64,000 bases of DNA from Eledone cirrhosa (Eukaryota): assembly GCA_964016885.1 (NCBI GenBank), contig OZ024741.1, positions 122,946,001 to 123,010,000 on the forward strand, read 5' to 3'. Of this stretch, positions 13,138 through 25,379 are shown piece after piece (the stretch's first letter is position 1; each line of letters begins with the position of its first letter). The notes below the pieces were generated by a model, which ran no database searches, was not told the origin of the DNA, and was given only the letters and a program-made list of their open reading frames with translations. Position numbers and translations under genes: made by a program.

Positions 13138-13140
<3 letters not shown>
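12830..13140 (+). mobile_element. ORF-less PLE-derived pLTR/tail element carrying a hammerhead; second copy at 30060-30372
   Basis: Near-identical to 30060-30372. The tail ATGACCCTCCCAAAGTATAACAATAT is shared with the 3' end of the PLE at 56537-59474. Ends in (TA)n. Confidence 0.75.
12907..12948 (+). ncRNA. Minimal type-I hammerhead ribozyme
   Basis: GTCA-CTGAAGA-G-GTCACAC-aat-GTGTGAC-GAAA-gaa-TT-TGAC: stem I GTCA/TGAC, 7-bp stem II, vestigial stem III. Confidence 0.75.
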
Positions 13141-13210
<70 letters not shown>

Positions 13211-13489
13211 TTATTCCGGGTTGAATCCGAGGTAACAACAGTAAGTAAGGTATTCAATACATATATTATTATACAAATATATATACAAACAAGGTGTAGT
13301 AAGATACAGGTGGACCATAACGCACAAGTGTACTCGATACCTAGGCTAGTAGAGTGGGAGATAGGAAAAGAGTCAGAACCCACACGGCTGAGCTCCGGCC
13401 TTTTCGACAGCTCGATCCGAAGCTGGATCTAGCTGTCGAAGCGGCTGGAGCTCAGCTGGTGGTGTCCTGACTCTTTTTCTATATATTTG

Positions 13490-13538
<49 letters not shown>

Positions 13539-14200
13539 TCTCGCCGTCACGCACAAACAGACAGACAGGCACACACACACGCCCCCCCCCCCCCCCACAC
13601 ACAGAAACACAAATATTCATATATCTATATTTATTTGATTAGAAGTACCAGAATTTACTATTATTGCAAATACTCTCACCGTTGTTAGATAAACACGGTT
13701 GACGTTTCAATTAATTCTCTGCAAATGTAAGGCTTGCGTGTATAAGTGTTTAGAAGAAATCGAAGCCGAGAAAAATGGAGTTCAGGCTTGCAGTAGTTGT
13801 GTTTCGCAGGAATTCAGTTGCCCACATTTTAGTACGCGTCTGGATATATATACGCTAGTATTTATCCGATTTCCTCAAATATTATTTGTAGTGCTCAATT
13901 ATTTTTATAGATATCTACGATGGAATGATAATATTTTCAAATGTTAAATTTCCCAACGCTTCATAAATTAACCTGATATTTATACATTATCTTTGTGTGT
14001 GCTTGCGTTTGTATTTTTCGGAGTATGAATGGGTTTTGTACATATGTATGTATATATGTACTTATTGTACGTGTGTATATATGTACGTACGTATGTATGT
14101 TATGTATGTTCATGTATGCAAATATGCATTTATATATATGTATATATATATATATATATTGGAAAATGTGTGTAATCCTTGGTACAGTTAGGTATATTAA

Positions 14201-14819
14201 GACAGTGGGGAAGAAAATAATGGCTTCACTTGTGCTTTCAACAAATTTATTTTCTTCACAAAATCCCAAAATAATTTTTTTCCGGATTAGAAAAAATGTT
14301 TTCTTAAAAAAAATTATTTTATAAATTAAGTTGTTGGTTGTTGGTTAGGTCTTAGGAGTTCTTGGTTAACGTAGTAGGTCTTAGGAGTTCTTGGTTAACG
14401 TAGGAGGTATTGTTTCGTTTTTAGAACGACCTTTCACGCTGAGGTGCGCTTGTCAAACTGTTTGACAAGCGCACCTCAGCGTGAAAGGTCGTTCTAAAAA
14501 CGAAACAATACCTCCTACGTTAACCAAGAACTCCTAAGACCTACTACGTTAACCAAGAACTCCTTGACAAGCGCACCTCAGCGTGAAAGGTCGTTCTAAA
14601 AACGAAACAATACCTCCTACGTTAACCAAGAACTCCTAAGACCTACTACGTTAACCAAGAACTCCTAAGACCTAACCAACAACCAACAACTTAATTTATA
14701 AAATAATTTTTTTTAAGAAAAATTTTTTTCTAATCCGGAAAAAAATTCTTTTGGGATTTTGTGAAGAAAATAAATTTGTTGAAAGCACAAGTGAAGCCAT
14801 TTTTTTCTTCCCCCCTGTC
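14201..14819. mobile_element. Fold-back (fully palindromic) non-autonomous DNA transposon flanked by TTAA, possibly Kolobok-type
   Basis: TTAA|GACAG..GGGGAAGAAAA ... TTTTCTTCCCC.CTGTC|TTAA. Centre GCGCTTGTCAAA-ctg-TTTGACAAGCGC at ~14446-14472. ~100-bp tandem duplication in the right arm. Confidence 0.65.
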
Positions 14820-15008
14820 TTAATATATATATATATATTAGAATGTGTGCTCTGAAATAGCGATACATATATGAATGTATATATAGGGCATTTTGCAATA
14901 CACTGTATGCTTAATTAAAAGCATTTTGAAGCCCTCACGGTATTGTTTTAAAGTAGCAACTATGTCACTTATTTCTTTTTTCAACAAACAAAGGGAGATA
15001 ACGTAAAT

Positions 15009-16018
15009 AATTTCAGGGCCATAACTCTGCTAAACACAGAGTTCAAGATTTTGACCAAGGTGCCAGCAAAGGCGTTGGCGCTAGTCGTTGGTGGTCTGGT
15101 GGGAGGGGCGCAGACATGCGTTCTATAGAGGATTAGTGGAGGAGAAGAGCGACGACGTACTTGGGGAAACTCTAGGCGTCGACGAAAATCAACAAGCCAA
15201 TCTCTTCGGAAGAACTTTCGGGCCGGTTCCTATGGAGAACTTCCAGAAATTTCTAGGCTGGCAGTGCTACCGAGGAGTTTTGCCTGTTCGGGATAAATTC
15301 TACAGGCATCGAGGTGCCGTCAGCCGGGCATGTCTGAGATGCGCGCAGGGCGACACAACCGTCCTGCACGCACTCGTCCAGTGACCGAGCATTGCTGTCT
15401 TGTGGGTTTATGTCGAACACCTGCTGTCGCGTGTAGGACGGATCCAGCTATCAGCTGAGGCCATCGTGGGGATTGCCCCGCCCTCTTCTTTTAGTCGGGA
15501 AGAGCAAGCAGTTTTTATCTGTCTGGTGGCCATGGCGAAAGAGATAGTATGGTGGACACGTTTGAAAGGGCTGAAGACGAGCACTTACCTCTTCGGTGAT
15601 TTATCTGATTAACTTTTTCAAATTTCATTTGAAAAGGAAAATCAGAGTAGAGAGGGAAGTGTTCTCTTCCCAGCATTTTGTTGAAAGATGGGTGAGAGAG
15701 GCAAGAATGGCCTGAGTGAATGGGCCTACTCTGAGTATGTGTCTGTAAATTAAAGGTGGAAAACTGGGAGAGGGCACTTGCCCTGGTGGTCTTCGTCACT
15801 GTGGCTTTTTAATGGGCTTTCTCCACGAATGTCCATTGGAAGTCTCCCCCCTATTGGGGAATTTTTCATAGTTATTTTTTTGTTACATCCTGTTTTTGTT
15901 TTTTACACGCAGAAATGCCCATTTGTACTGTCCTGTATTGTCCTGTACTGTCGTTAATGTCTACTTTATGTAAACCCTTGTGATTAATAAAGAAAGTATT
16001 ATTATTATTATTATTATT
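15009..16018 (+). mobile_element. 5'-truncated, internally deleted copy of the Tx1-clade LINE
   Basis: 15009-15118 matches 19883-19992 and 15119-15995 matches 21130-22008; AATAAA followed by an (ATT)n tail. Confidence 0.9.
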
Positions 16019-16235
16019 GAATGCTATGGTTGACGGAGGCTCGGCTCTGTAAGGTATTGTAAATTTTAAACGCTATAACAATTGTAAATTGTTTAAAACT
16101 ATAACGAACTTGTAAACAAAAACACCCTCCTCCTCGTGAGAGGGGTATTTCCGCCCGTTATTTGGCCCTTTCGGGGTTAAATAACTGCTTATTGGGGTTT
16201 TGTGCCCAATATTTATTTTAAACAAAAAAAACAGC

Positions 16236-18303
16236 ATGGCTACGAAAAAGAATTTTCATAGGTCACTCCCACTCATTCCGACTTCTTCTTCCTCAATCAT
16301 CACTACAACAGAGAGAAGATTGTCTCTCTCCCTCCCTTCTCTTTCGCAAGCGACGACAAAAAAGAAAAGTCTCGTGCAAAGCGTGCAAGATTTCTCCACG
16401 ACGACGACGACAACGACGAAACAGGTGTGCGGGAAATACGAAAACCCAGTTCATTCGTCTGACGTCAGGAATAATAGCAGTAGCAGCCGTAATAACAACA
16501 GCAACAGTGACAATGAAAACAACAGTAGCAGCCGCAACAGCATCACCAGCAGCATAAACAACAACAGCATTAGCAGCAGCAACACCAACAACAACCACAC
16601 TAACAGCGGCGGAGGCAGTAGTCGTAGTACCTGCAGCAACAACAAAAGTAACAGCAGCTCTGACGACAACAACAACAGCAGCAAAGAAAAACCAATCTCA
16701 TTTGCAGGTATTGCGAAAAACCTGGAAACAATCCTCATAACAAATGAGGAATTAGAGGAAGCGAAGAAGAAGGTGACAAAGACTGGATACCGAGCAATCT
16801 GCAAGGCAGTGGAAAATTTTTTCGAAACCCAACAGCACTGTACGGTCACGTACCGTACAGTAAGTACAAAATCCCGTAGGGTTGAAAGAGCCATAGAGGC
16901 TCAAATACAAAAAGCCTTGGGGTCTGTGGGGCAGCGGAAAACGCACATCACCCGAGGCAAAAAATATGCCACCGTAGACGTACATTTTGCCACACCCCAG
17001 GAGGCAAAGGCTCAATCCGTAGTGACCCTAAGGAGCGAGGAAATGGTGTTGGTGCCCTCCTACTGCGGGCAAAAAATTGTGAGGGTCATACTGACCCACG
17101 CCCCCGGGATGGCCCCTACTTGGCTGGCCGCGTCTGTCCTCGTCGGAATCGAGGACAAAACAACTGTACTGCAAGTACAGAAAAAATTAAGAGAAGATTG
17201 GGTCGGCACCTCCATTGAGATGCTAATCCAAACCAACAGGAGTGCATCGAAGCTATCCCGGATGTGATAGACTTCGATAACGGCACTCAACTGCCCGTAA
17301 GTGTTGAGGGCAAACGCCCGAAATGCTTTCGCTGTGGATCGAAGACTCACCTCAGGGCCTTCTGCAACGAGAAGACCCTGAGAAAGGAGAAAACCTCCCT
17401 CCTTCCGAAACCGGCTCCATGGCTAACAGCGACAGGACAAGCGGCAACCAGGAACGATAGGTCCGTGGCACCCATACCCACGCCACAGAAATAAAAAAAC
17501 AGCAGCAGCAGTGGAAATATTAACAACAACAACAACAATACCAAATGCAGCTGCAACAGAAACTCCAGTGCAAACATCACCAACAACAACAAGTGAAAGA
17601 GTGGAGCTGGTACCCCTCCCCGACCTCACAGAATCAGACATGGAGTGTGAGGTGGGAGAGGGATGGCAAAAGGTCGTAAGAAGGCACAAACGCAGAAGCA
17701 GCGCATCGTCGCCTTTGAAAAGGGAGGAAAGAAATGAGAAAAGGGTAAAGTCTACTGCAAAGAGACTCACAGCAGCAACACCACCAACACCATCACCACC
17801 CACACTAGCACCACCATCACCACCGGCGACAACCCCACCGCCAATAACACCTTCAACACCACCACCACAAGCACCAACATCGCAAACACAACAATAAAAC
17901 ACACACACCCAGCAACAACGACAAGAAAATAGCAGAACCACACCGCACCCCCAGAAAAACAAATGCACGGCAATAAATACACACAACAAGAAACTAATGA
18001 CTTACATAATTTAACACAGACATTTCACAACACGACTACATAATACCAGCACAAATCAAAACGCCAACTAACATAAGACTGCTAAAAATAGCACAGAAAC
18101 AATACACAAACATTAAAACGAAATTCCCCAACGCAGTTGGTGATTTCAGAAACCTAGGAGGAACTATCAATCGAAGAGTATATTCGGACATACTCATAGA
18201 AGAGCCGACGACCAGCCGAAGGGACGATACAACGGTCCCTTCACCAGACGATCAAGTGAAAAGGGATGTAAAAACCATCCCTCCTCTACGAAAAGTACGG
18301 TAA
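16236..18303 (+). pseudogene. Tx1 ORF1 (gag-like RNA-binding protein) with frameshifts/stops
   Basis: MATKKNFHR start, Asn/Ser low-complexity region, SFAGIAK motif, CFRCGSKTHLRAFC zinc knuckle (frame 17264..17494), GWQKVVRRHKRR, Pro/Thr-rich tail. Confidence 0.8.
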
Positions 18304-18338
18304 GTGGTCTTTCCCATCTTTTCCACTCTATTTTAAAC

Positions 18339-21300
18339 ATGACCTCACTCAGAATAGGCAGCATAAATGCGCGTGGCTTGGGGTCATCATGGAAGCAGGG
18401 TCACCTGCTCAACGACCTCGGGTCACTAAACATAGATGTAGTGGCCATCAGCGAGACCAGAATCTCCGAAGCACGGGGCTTCGCACCGATCTTCGGCGGC
18501 TACGATGTGTTCGCATCTCCCAGCCGTCCTGGATCGGGGGTGGAGTTGCTGTGCTTTTTCGAAGAGGTTTGGATCTCGCCATACGGGCCATCTTCCTGGA
18601 CCCAGAGTGTAAGCTGGTGGTGCTGGACGTGACCAGCGGAGACGGGCAAGCTTTCAGGCTAGTGGCCGTCTATGCCCCGACAGGAGCAGGGCGGCCTGAT
18701 TTCTTCCGGCGTCTGGAGACCTTTCTTGGAACGTCCCGCTCTTTAGTGTTAGTGGGCAACTGGAACGGGATCTTAGATGCACGCTGGGACTGTGTGGGAT
18801 TAGCGGATAGAGGTGGAGGGTGCAAGAGCCTCGCCAACCTGCTCAGGCGTTTTGAACTGTCTGACAGGTACCGATTGGATTTCCCGAATGTGCCAATGTG
18901 GACTTGGACAAATCGGATAGGGTCATCCAGATCATATCTAGATAGAGTATTTTGTAGGGAAATAGATAGGTCTAGCATAGGCTGTCCACAATTCAAGATA
19001 GTCAGCTACACGGACCACAAATTCGTGATCTGTGTGCTTGACTTAGATAGGCTTCATAGACGAGGACCCGGCTACTGGAAGCTAAACGCGTCCTCACCAG
19101 CGCGCAAGGCCTACAGAGACCGGATTAGCGAACTAGTTAAGTGGGCGTTGACGGGGGCCATCGTCAACAACAAGTGGTGGTTTGGTCTGAAAAGAGCGAT
19201 TAGAATAGAATCCATTAGGTTTAGTAAGGCTTTGGCAATAGAGAAAAATAGAGCAGAGGGAGAACTAGTTAGAAAATTAGACGAGGCGCTTAGCAAAGGC
19301 ATTGCGACCGACGTGCTTGCCACGAAATTGGCCCTTGACCAATTCTTCAATGCAAAGTACGAAGGCTGCGTTGTCAGAGCAAGGGTGCGTACTCTCAGAC
19401 ACGAGGGGACGAAAGCCGTTCAATGGGCCCGAGTGGCGGAGGCGCGTCGTGGCAACAAAGCCACGATGCGGTCTTTGGTGGACCACGACGGGCGCATGCT
19501 ACTCGATCCCGGGCAAATGTGTGAAGCTTTTCAGCGACACTTCGCTCAGCTGTTCGAGGGCAGCGGTGGGCCGGGTCGAGGTATGGACTTTAGTGTCTAC
19601 CTCGACGGACTGCCGCGGCTCTCGGCCACTGAGGCGAAGTGTTGCGAAAAGCCGATAACAGCCGCTGAAGTAAGGGAGGCAATGACTGGCTGCACAAGGG
19701 GTAAATCGCCTGGTTTGGATGGTCTGCCCTATGAACTTTACGTACAGATTCCAGACTTGTTCGGAGGCCTCTTGGCGGACATCTACTGCAACTGGCAACA
19801 GAACGGGAGAATTCCCAGTTCTGTGAGCCGAGGAGCGGTGGCACTGCTGAGAAATGTTCCGAACAAGGGGGATAACATAGATAATTTCCGGCTCATAACT
19901 CTGCTAAACACAGAGTTCAAGATTTTGGCCAAGGTGCTAGCAAAGAGCTTGGCGCTTGTCGTTGGTGGTCTGGTGGGAGAGGCGCAGACATGTGCCATTC
20001 CCGACAGATCCATCCACGACAACCTCCACCTCATGTGATACATCGTAGAGAGGGTAGCTAGGGAACCTGGCAAGGGTGGGTCCTTGATCAACTTAGATCA
20101 GTCGAAAGCTTTCGATAGGGTCGACCATCGTTACCTAGCGGCAGTCCTGAGGGCGGCTGGCTTTGGGCCCATCTTCAGAGACTGGATCGCTGCCATGCAC
20201 AGCGACATCTGCTCTGTGGTGAGAGTGAACGGTCACCTGTCGGAACCGTTCAAAATCATGCGCTCGGTCCGCCAAGGATATCCCTTCTCGTCGTTCTTGT
20301 ACGTATTGACTCTCGAGCCATTACTGCACAAACTGGAGACGTTGAGGGGCGTCCCGCGCGAACTATGATGCGGAAGATCCGTGTCAGCATATGCGGACGA
20401 TGTCACCGTAGTGGTGTCGAACGCAAAACACATCGAGGCGATCGGCACTACATTAAGAGAATACGAAGCGGTGACAGGTGCAATGATCAACCAGGAAAAG
20501 TCAGTGGGCCTGCAGCTCGGCACCTGGAGAGGCAGGTCCATGCCGTCCAACAGCATCGTCGGACGCTGGACGGACGGACCGGTTAAATTGCTAGGGGTCT
20601 GGTTCGGTCCGGACCTCCAAACGGACAAAAACTGGGACGAGGTGACGAGCAGGGTGGCTTCTCTGACCCAGAAATGGGTGGAGAGGAAGCTATCCCTGAA
20701 AAGTCGAGCGGATGTGGCTAACGCGTACATCGCGTCTGTCATCTGCTACCGCCTGACCGTCGTACCTTGTTCTAAGCCTCGCCTGACTGAGCTGGAGCGT
20801 TTGCTCTTTCGCTTTTTGTGGAAGGGACGCGCTCCGATGGTCAGGCGGTCCATCTGTTGTCAACACCCGCTACTTGGAGGGCTGGGCATGCCGTGGCTGA
20901 TGATGTGCAGGCACGCGCTCAGGCTACGACATCTCCACCTCTTCCTCGACGGTGATCAGGTGTGGTCGCCGTTTGCTAGACACGTATTTCCCCAGGTCGT
21001 TTCCTTGACGGAGCTGCAGTCCTGGGTTTTAGCGAAGACCGAGAGGGAGCGCCTGGAGACTGGAATGTCTTCAGGCGCTCACATGCCCTCGACCAATCGG
21101 GCAATGTGATCGGTGGAAACTCCACCTCGGCGTTCTATAGAGGATTAGTGGAGGAGAAGAGCGACGACGTACTTGGGGAAACTCTAGGCGTCGACGAAAA
21201 TCAACTAGCCAATCTCTTCGAAAGAACTTTCGGGCCAGGGCCTATGGACAACTTCCAGAAATCTCTGGCCTGGCAGTGCTACCGAGGAGCCTTGCCAGTT

Positions 21301-21759
21301 CGGGATAAACTCTACAGGCATGGAGGTGCCGTCAGCCGGGCATGTCCGAGATGCGCGCAGGGCGACGAAACCGTACAGCACGCACTCGTCCAGTGTCCGA
21401 AAATTGCTGACTTGTGGGTTTATGTCGAACACCTGCTGTCGCGTTTAGGACGGATCCGTCTATCATCTGAGTCCATCGTGAGGATTGCTCCGCCCTCCTC
21501 CTTTAGCCGGGAAGGGCAGGCAGTTTTTATCTGTCTGGTGGCCATGGCGAAAGAGATAGTATGGTGGACACGTTTGAAAGGGCTGAAGACGAGCACTTAC
21601 CTCTTCGGTGATTCTCTGATTGACTTTTTCAAATTTCATTTGAAAAGGAAAATCAGAGTAGAGAGGGAAGTGCTCTCTTCCCAGCATTTTGTTGAAAGAT
21701 GGGTGAGAGAAGCAAGAATGGCCCGAGTGAATGGGCCTACTCTGAGTATATATCTGTAA
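18339..21759 (+). pseudogene. Tx1 ORF2: APE endonuclease + reverse transcriptase + zinc finger, disrupted
   Basis: IGSINARGL, AISETR, VYAP, SYLDRV, YTDH, GPGYWKLN, KSPGLDG, LDQSKAFDRV, RQGYPFS, AYADD, CPRC..ET..HAL..C. Frameshifts near 18535, 20366 and 21030; TGA at 20036-20038. Confidence 0.93.
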
Positions 21760-22008
21760 ATTAAAGGTGGAAAACTGGGAGAGGGCACTTGCCTTGGTGG
21801 TCAGGGTGATTGTGGCCTTTTACTGGGCTTTCTCCACAAATGTCCCTCCGAAGTCTCCCACCTATTGGGGAATTTTTCATTGTTATTTTTTTGTTACATC
21901 CTCTGTTTTTGTTTTTTACACGCAGAAATGCCCATTTGTACCGTCCTGCATTGTCCTGCACTGTCCTTAATGTCTACTTTATGTAAACCCTTGTGGTTAA
22001 TAAAGAAA

Positions 22009-22061
<53 letters not shown>

Positions 22062-22421
22062 AGGGCGGTGGATTCGCAGTATCGTTAGAGGGTCGGACAC
22101 CATGCTTTGCAGGAAAGAGTTACGGCCCTTTATGGTCTGAGTTCAAATCCAGCCTGAGGTTAACTTTGCCTTTCATCCTTATGGATAAAATAAAGTACCA
22201 GTAATGCACTGGAATAATTGCTGGCCTTGTGCCAAAAGTAGAAACAATTATAATTCAGAGGGTCGGACGCCATGCTTTGACGCATAGAGTTACGGCCCTT
22301 GCCATTCTGAGTTCAAATCCCGCTGAAGTTAACTTTGCCTTTTATCCTTACGGGTCGATAAAATAAAGTACCAGTAATGTACTGGGTATTTGCTGGCCTT
22401 GTGCCAATAGTAGAAACAATC

Positions 22422-22422
<1 letters not shown>
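22062..22422 (+). mobile_element. Two tandem copies of a tRNA-derived SINE (second 5'-truncated); third copy at ~46700-46870
   Basis: B-box-like GAGTTCAAATCC, GTTAACTTTGCCTTTCATCCTT..GATAAAATAAAGTACCAGT. Resembles abundant octopod SINEs (recalled, not searched). Confidence 0.75.
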
Positions 22423-22491
<69 letters not shown>

Positions 22492-22626
22492 TATACATGA
22501 TAGATAGATAGATAAGATGATTATAATTAAAGACTAGTTAGATATTTATTCAACATTACAGAAAGTCGAGTGCAGATTATATGAAACCTATCGAAAATCG
22601 GATATATATATATATATGTATTATAT

Positions 22627-22660
<34 letters not shown>

Positions 22661-22663
22661 CAC

Positions 22664-22700
<37 letters not shown>

Positions 22701-23235
22701 TGTATCATTTTTAGATAATATAAGTAAATAATTCAATTGATGCACATCGATCGGTTAATATTGAAAAAGTAATTGTTTATTTCGTCTAAAGCCAGACAAC
22801 AGGAACTATTAATGTTTTCTTTTTTAATGTGGTTGCATATAATTCGTTTATCTCAACAACTTTGATTCAATACATAAATCACTCTTATATATTGGCTGCA
22901 TATAGGTGCCAGCTAATATTGATAACGATGTCTGCTTCTATTGACTACATTTGATCTACTTATGTATATAATCGTATCTACCTACAACAGATGCACCCTG
23001 GTTTCTTTTTAGTTCGATGGAAAGCAATAATAACGAAATAAACGGTATTTCGCGATATTGTGTATAAATTATATCCTTTTCGCATGGTGGCTATAGAATC
23101 ACTTGCCATTGTATTACCTGTCTGTATATATAAATGGCTCACTGAATACTGACGTGTAATTCTTTTCTCAATTAGTTTTCCGTTCTTCCTTTTTTTCACG
23201 GTCTAACAATCCATTTCATCTTTTGTATCCCATTC

Positions 23236-23273
23236 TATCTTCTGTTGAAGGACTAATGTCCGAAACGTTAAGT
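23236..23273 (+). ncRNA. Degenerate minimal hammerhead motif (CTGTTGA variant)
   Basis: CTT-CTGTTGA-AGGAC-taat-GTCC-GAAA-CG-TT-AAG; core A6 is mutated. Confidence 0.4.
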
Positions 23274-23398
23274 CTTTTCCTATTATTTAAAGCGTTAAAC
23301 TAATATATTTCTTAATTTTCCTGTATTGTTTGCATTGTTAATTTTGTTTACGTTTTACACGCAAACACGCACACACACACTCACACAGACAGACACGC

Positions 23399-23456
<58 letters not shown>

Positions 23457-23940
23457 GTGTGTGTGTGTGTGAGTGTGTACCAGGTCAACTTGGCCTTAAT
23501 GCAGTCGATGTCGAGAAAAGAGCACCAGTCGAGTATTGGAGTCGATTCATCCCCTATATCTATTTCTCACTTCCTGTCTCACACTTTGTATCGTTTTGCG
23601 CTAGAAATCTGCCGTGTTCAGATATAGAAAAGGATGGAAACAGCCAGGATTAAAATGCTCAAGAAACACTGTATGTCACTAGTGCCCTGACGACTTCATT
23701 ACGTTTGACGGGGCCATAATATACCACATATCTCTTTCTATTTCTCCCTATCCCTACCTAACCCCCTCTCTCTGAGTCTCTCTCTCCCCCTCTCTCTCTC
23801 TATATATATATATATATCCACGGTAAGTTGTGGAGTCTAGTCTGTATGAGGAACTCAATGTAATCCATATGTTGAAAATGTTGTAGGTTAAAATAAATCC
23901 CGTAAAACAATAAAACATTAAAAGGAAAACAGAGTCATGT

Positions 23941-24101
23941 TATAAGTTAGAACAATGAAATAAAAATCAAGTCATTAGAAATATACTTCACTGCTTTACG
24001 ATCGTTTCTAGGTGAAGTATATTTCGTAGGTGAAGTATATATCGTAAAGCAATGAAGTATATTTCTAATGACTTGATTTTTTATTTCATTGTTTTAACTT
24101 A

Positions 24102-24102
<1 letters not shown>
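23941..24102. repeat. Short fold-back containing the 3' half of a hammerhead (CCTAGAAACGATCGTA on the minus strand)
   Basis: Arms ~23941-24002 and ~24041-24102 are reverse complements. The motif is shared with the hammerhead at 30706-30847. Confidence 0.7.
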
Positions 24103-24133
<31 letters not shown>

Positions 24134-24141
24134 CAAACCCA

Positions 24142-24212
<71 letters not shown>

Positions 24213-25083
24213 TATATATATATTTAATATGTGTGAGTGTGTATGTGTGTGTGTCTACGTATATATATGTAGAAATTCATATAAATTCTTGTACATCACA
24301 TTACGTTGGTCAATTCATGGGCACCCGCTCACCCGTACATCCACGCTCTCACAGTACCCAGTCAGCCTCGGTCCAACGCTCATCTTTCAAACAAACGAAC
24401 ACACGTAGACGCGAGCACAAACACACACCCGTACATACACGCATATACGCACACACGCATACACACATTTCCATCTCACATGTACGACGATTCCCTCTCT
24501 TCCTAAACCTCTCTAACCTCTTGACCTGCAAATGTCCAAAGTTGATGACTGAACACACCCGTGTTTTCCCCAGCCCCGTTTAGTCTCATTTTCCCCCAGT
24601 ACTTCTTCTTCTCACTCTTTATCTTTCTAATTTATCTTTTATTTCTAATTCTACCTTCTGATGAATGACTAGTGACCGACCAGTTAAAACTCCTTTCCTG
24701 TTGTACTGTGTCATTTGCTTTGTTATTTCTGTTTACTTATTACACAAGCACACACACACACAAATATATATATAATTAGATTTATTGATTTTAGGCTCCT
24801 GTTTATGTGAATATTATTCATTAGCTGTTTGATATGGCTAGTTAATGTATAGGGTGGGTGGGGGGTGGGGAGATAGGCCAGAAACCGGGATTTGTGCACT
24901 CGATTTTATTTTGTTCGTTTATGTATTTCAAAATACTGGGTGTTAAGTATTTTCAAAATACGTGAGTGTTTTCTAGGTTTGGTCTAACCATTTCCGTTAC
25001 GGGGACAAATCAGTGAAACATTGATAAACAAAATCCACACCCTCTGTAATAATTCAGTCATTCTCCCTCTATCTCTCTATATA

Positions 25084-25142
<59 letters not shown>

Positions 25143-25223
25143 GCGCGCACACACACACACACATATGTATATATATATAAATATATATAATTACAACTAT
25201 ATATATATATATATACACACACG

Positions 25224-25379
<156 letters not shown>

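Larger units (their letters stand above)
16019..22061 (+). mobile_element. Full-length Tx1/L1-clade non-LTR retrotransposon (disrupted)
   Basis: ORF1 with CCHC knuckle, ORF2 APE-RT-zinc finger, 3' UTR with AATAAA and a (TTA)n tail; GC-rich relative to the flanks. Confidence 0.92.

Noticed and set aside
20036-20038. TGA in Tx1 ORF2 as programmed readthrough
   Set aside because: The context HLM*YIVE fits a CGA-to-TGA CpG mutation, and the ORF has three further frameshifts.
16293-21687. Antisense and alternative-frame ORFs over the Tx1 element
   Set aside because: Shadow ORFs of GC-rich or low-complexity coding sequence with no independent motifs.
22062-22160. tRNA gene (also 29409-29480)
   Set aside because: A/B-box-like motifs only, no convincing cloverleaf, and followed by SINE body sequence.
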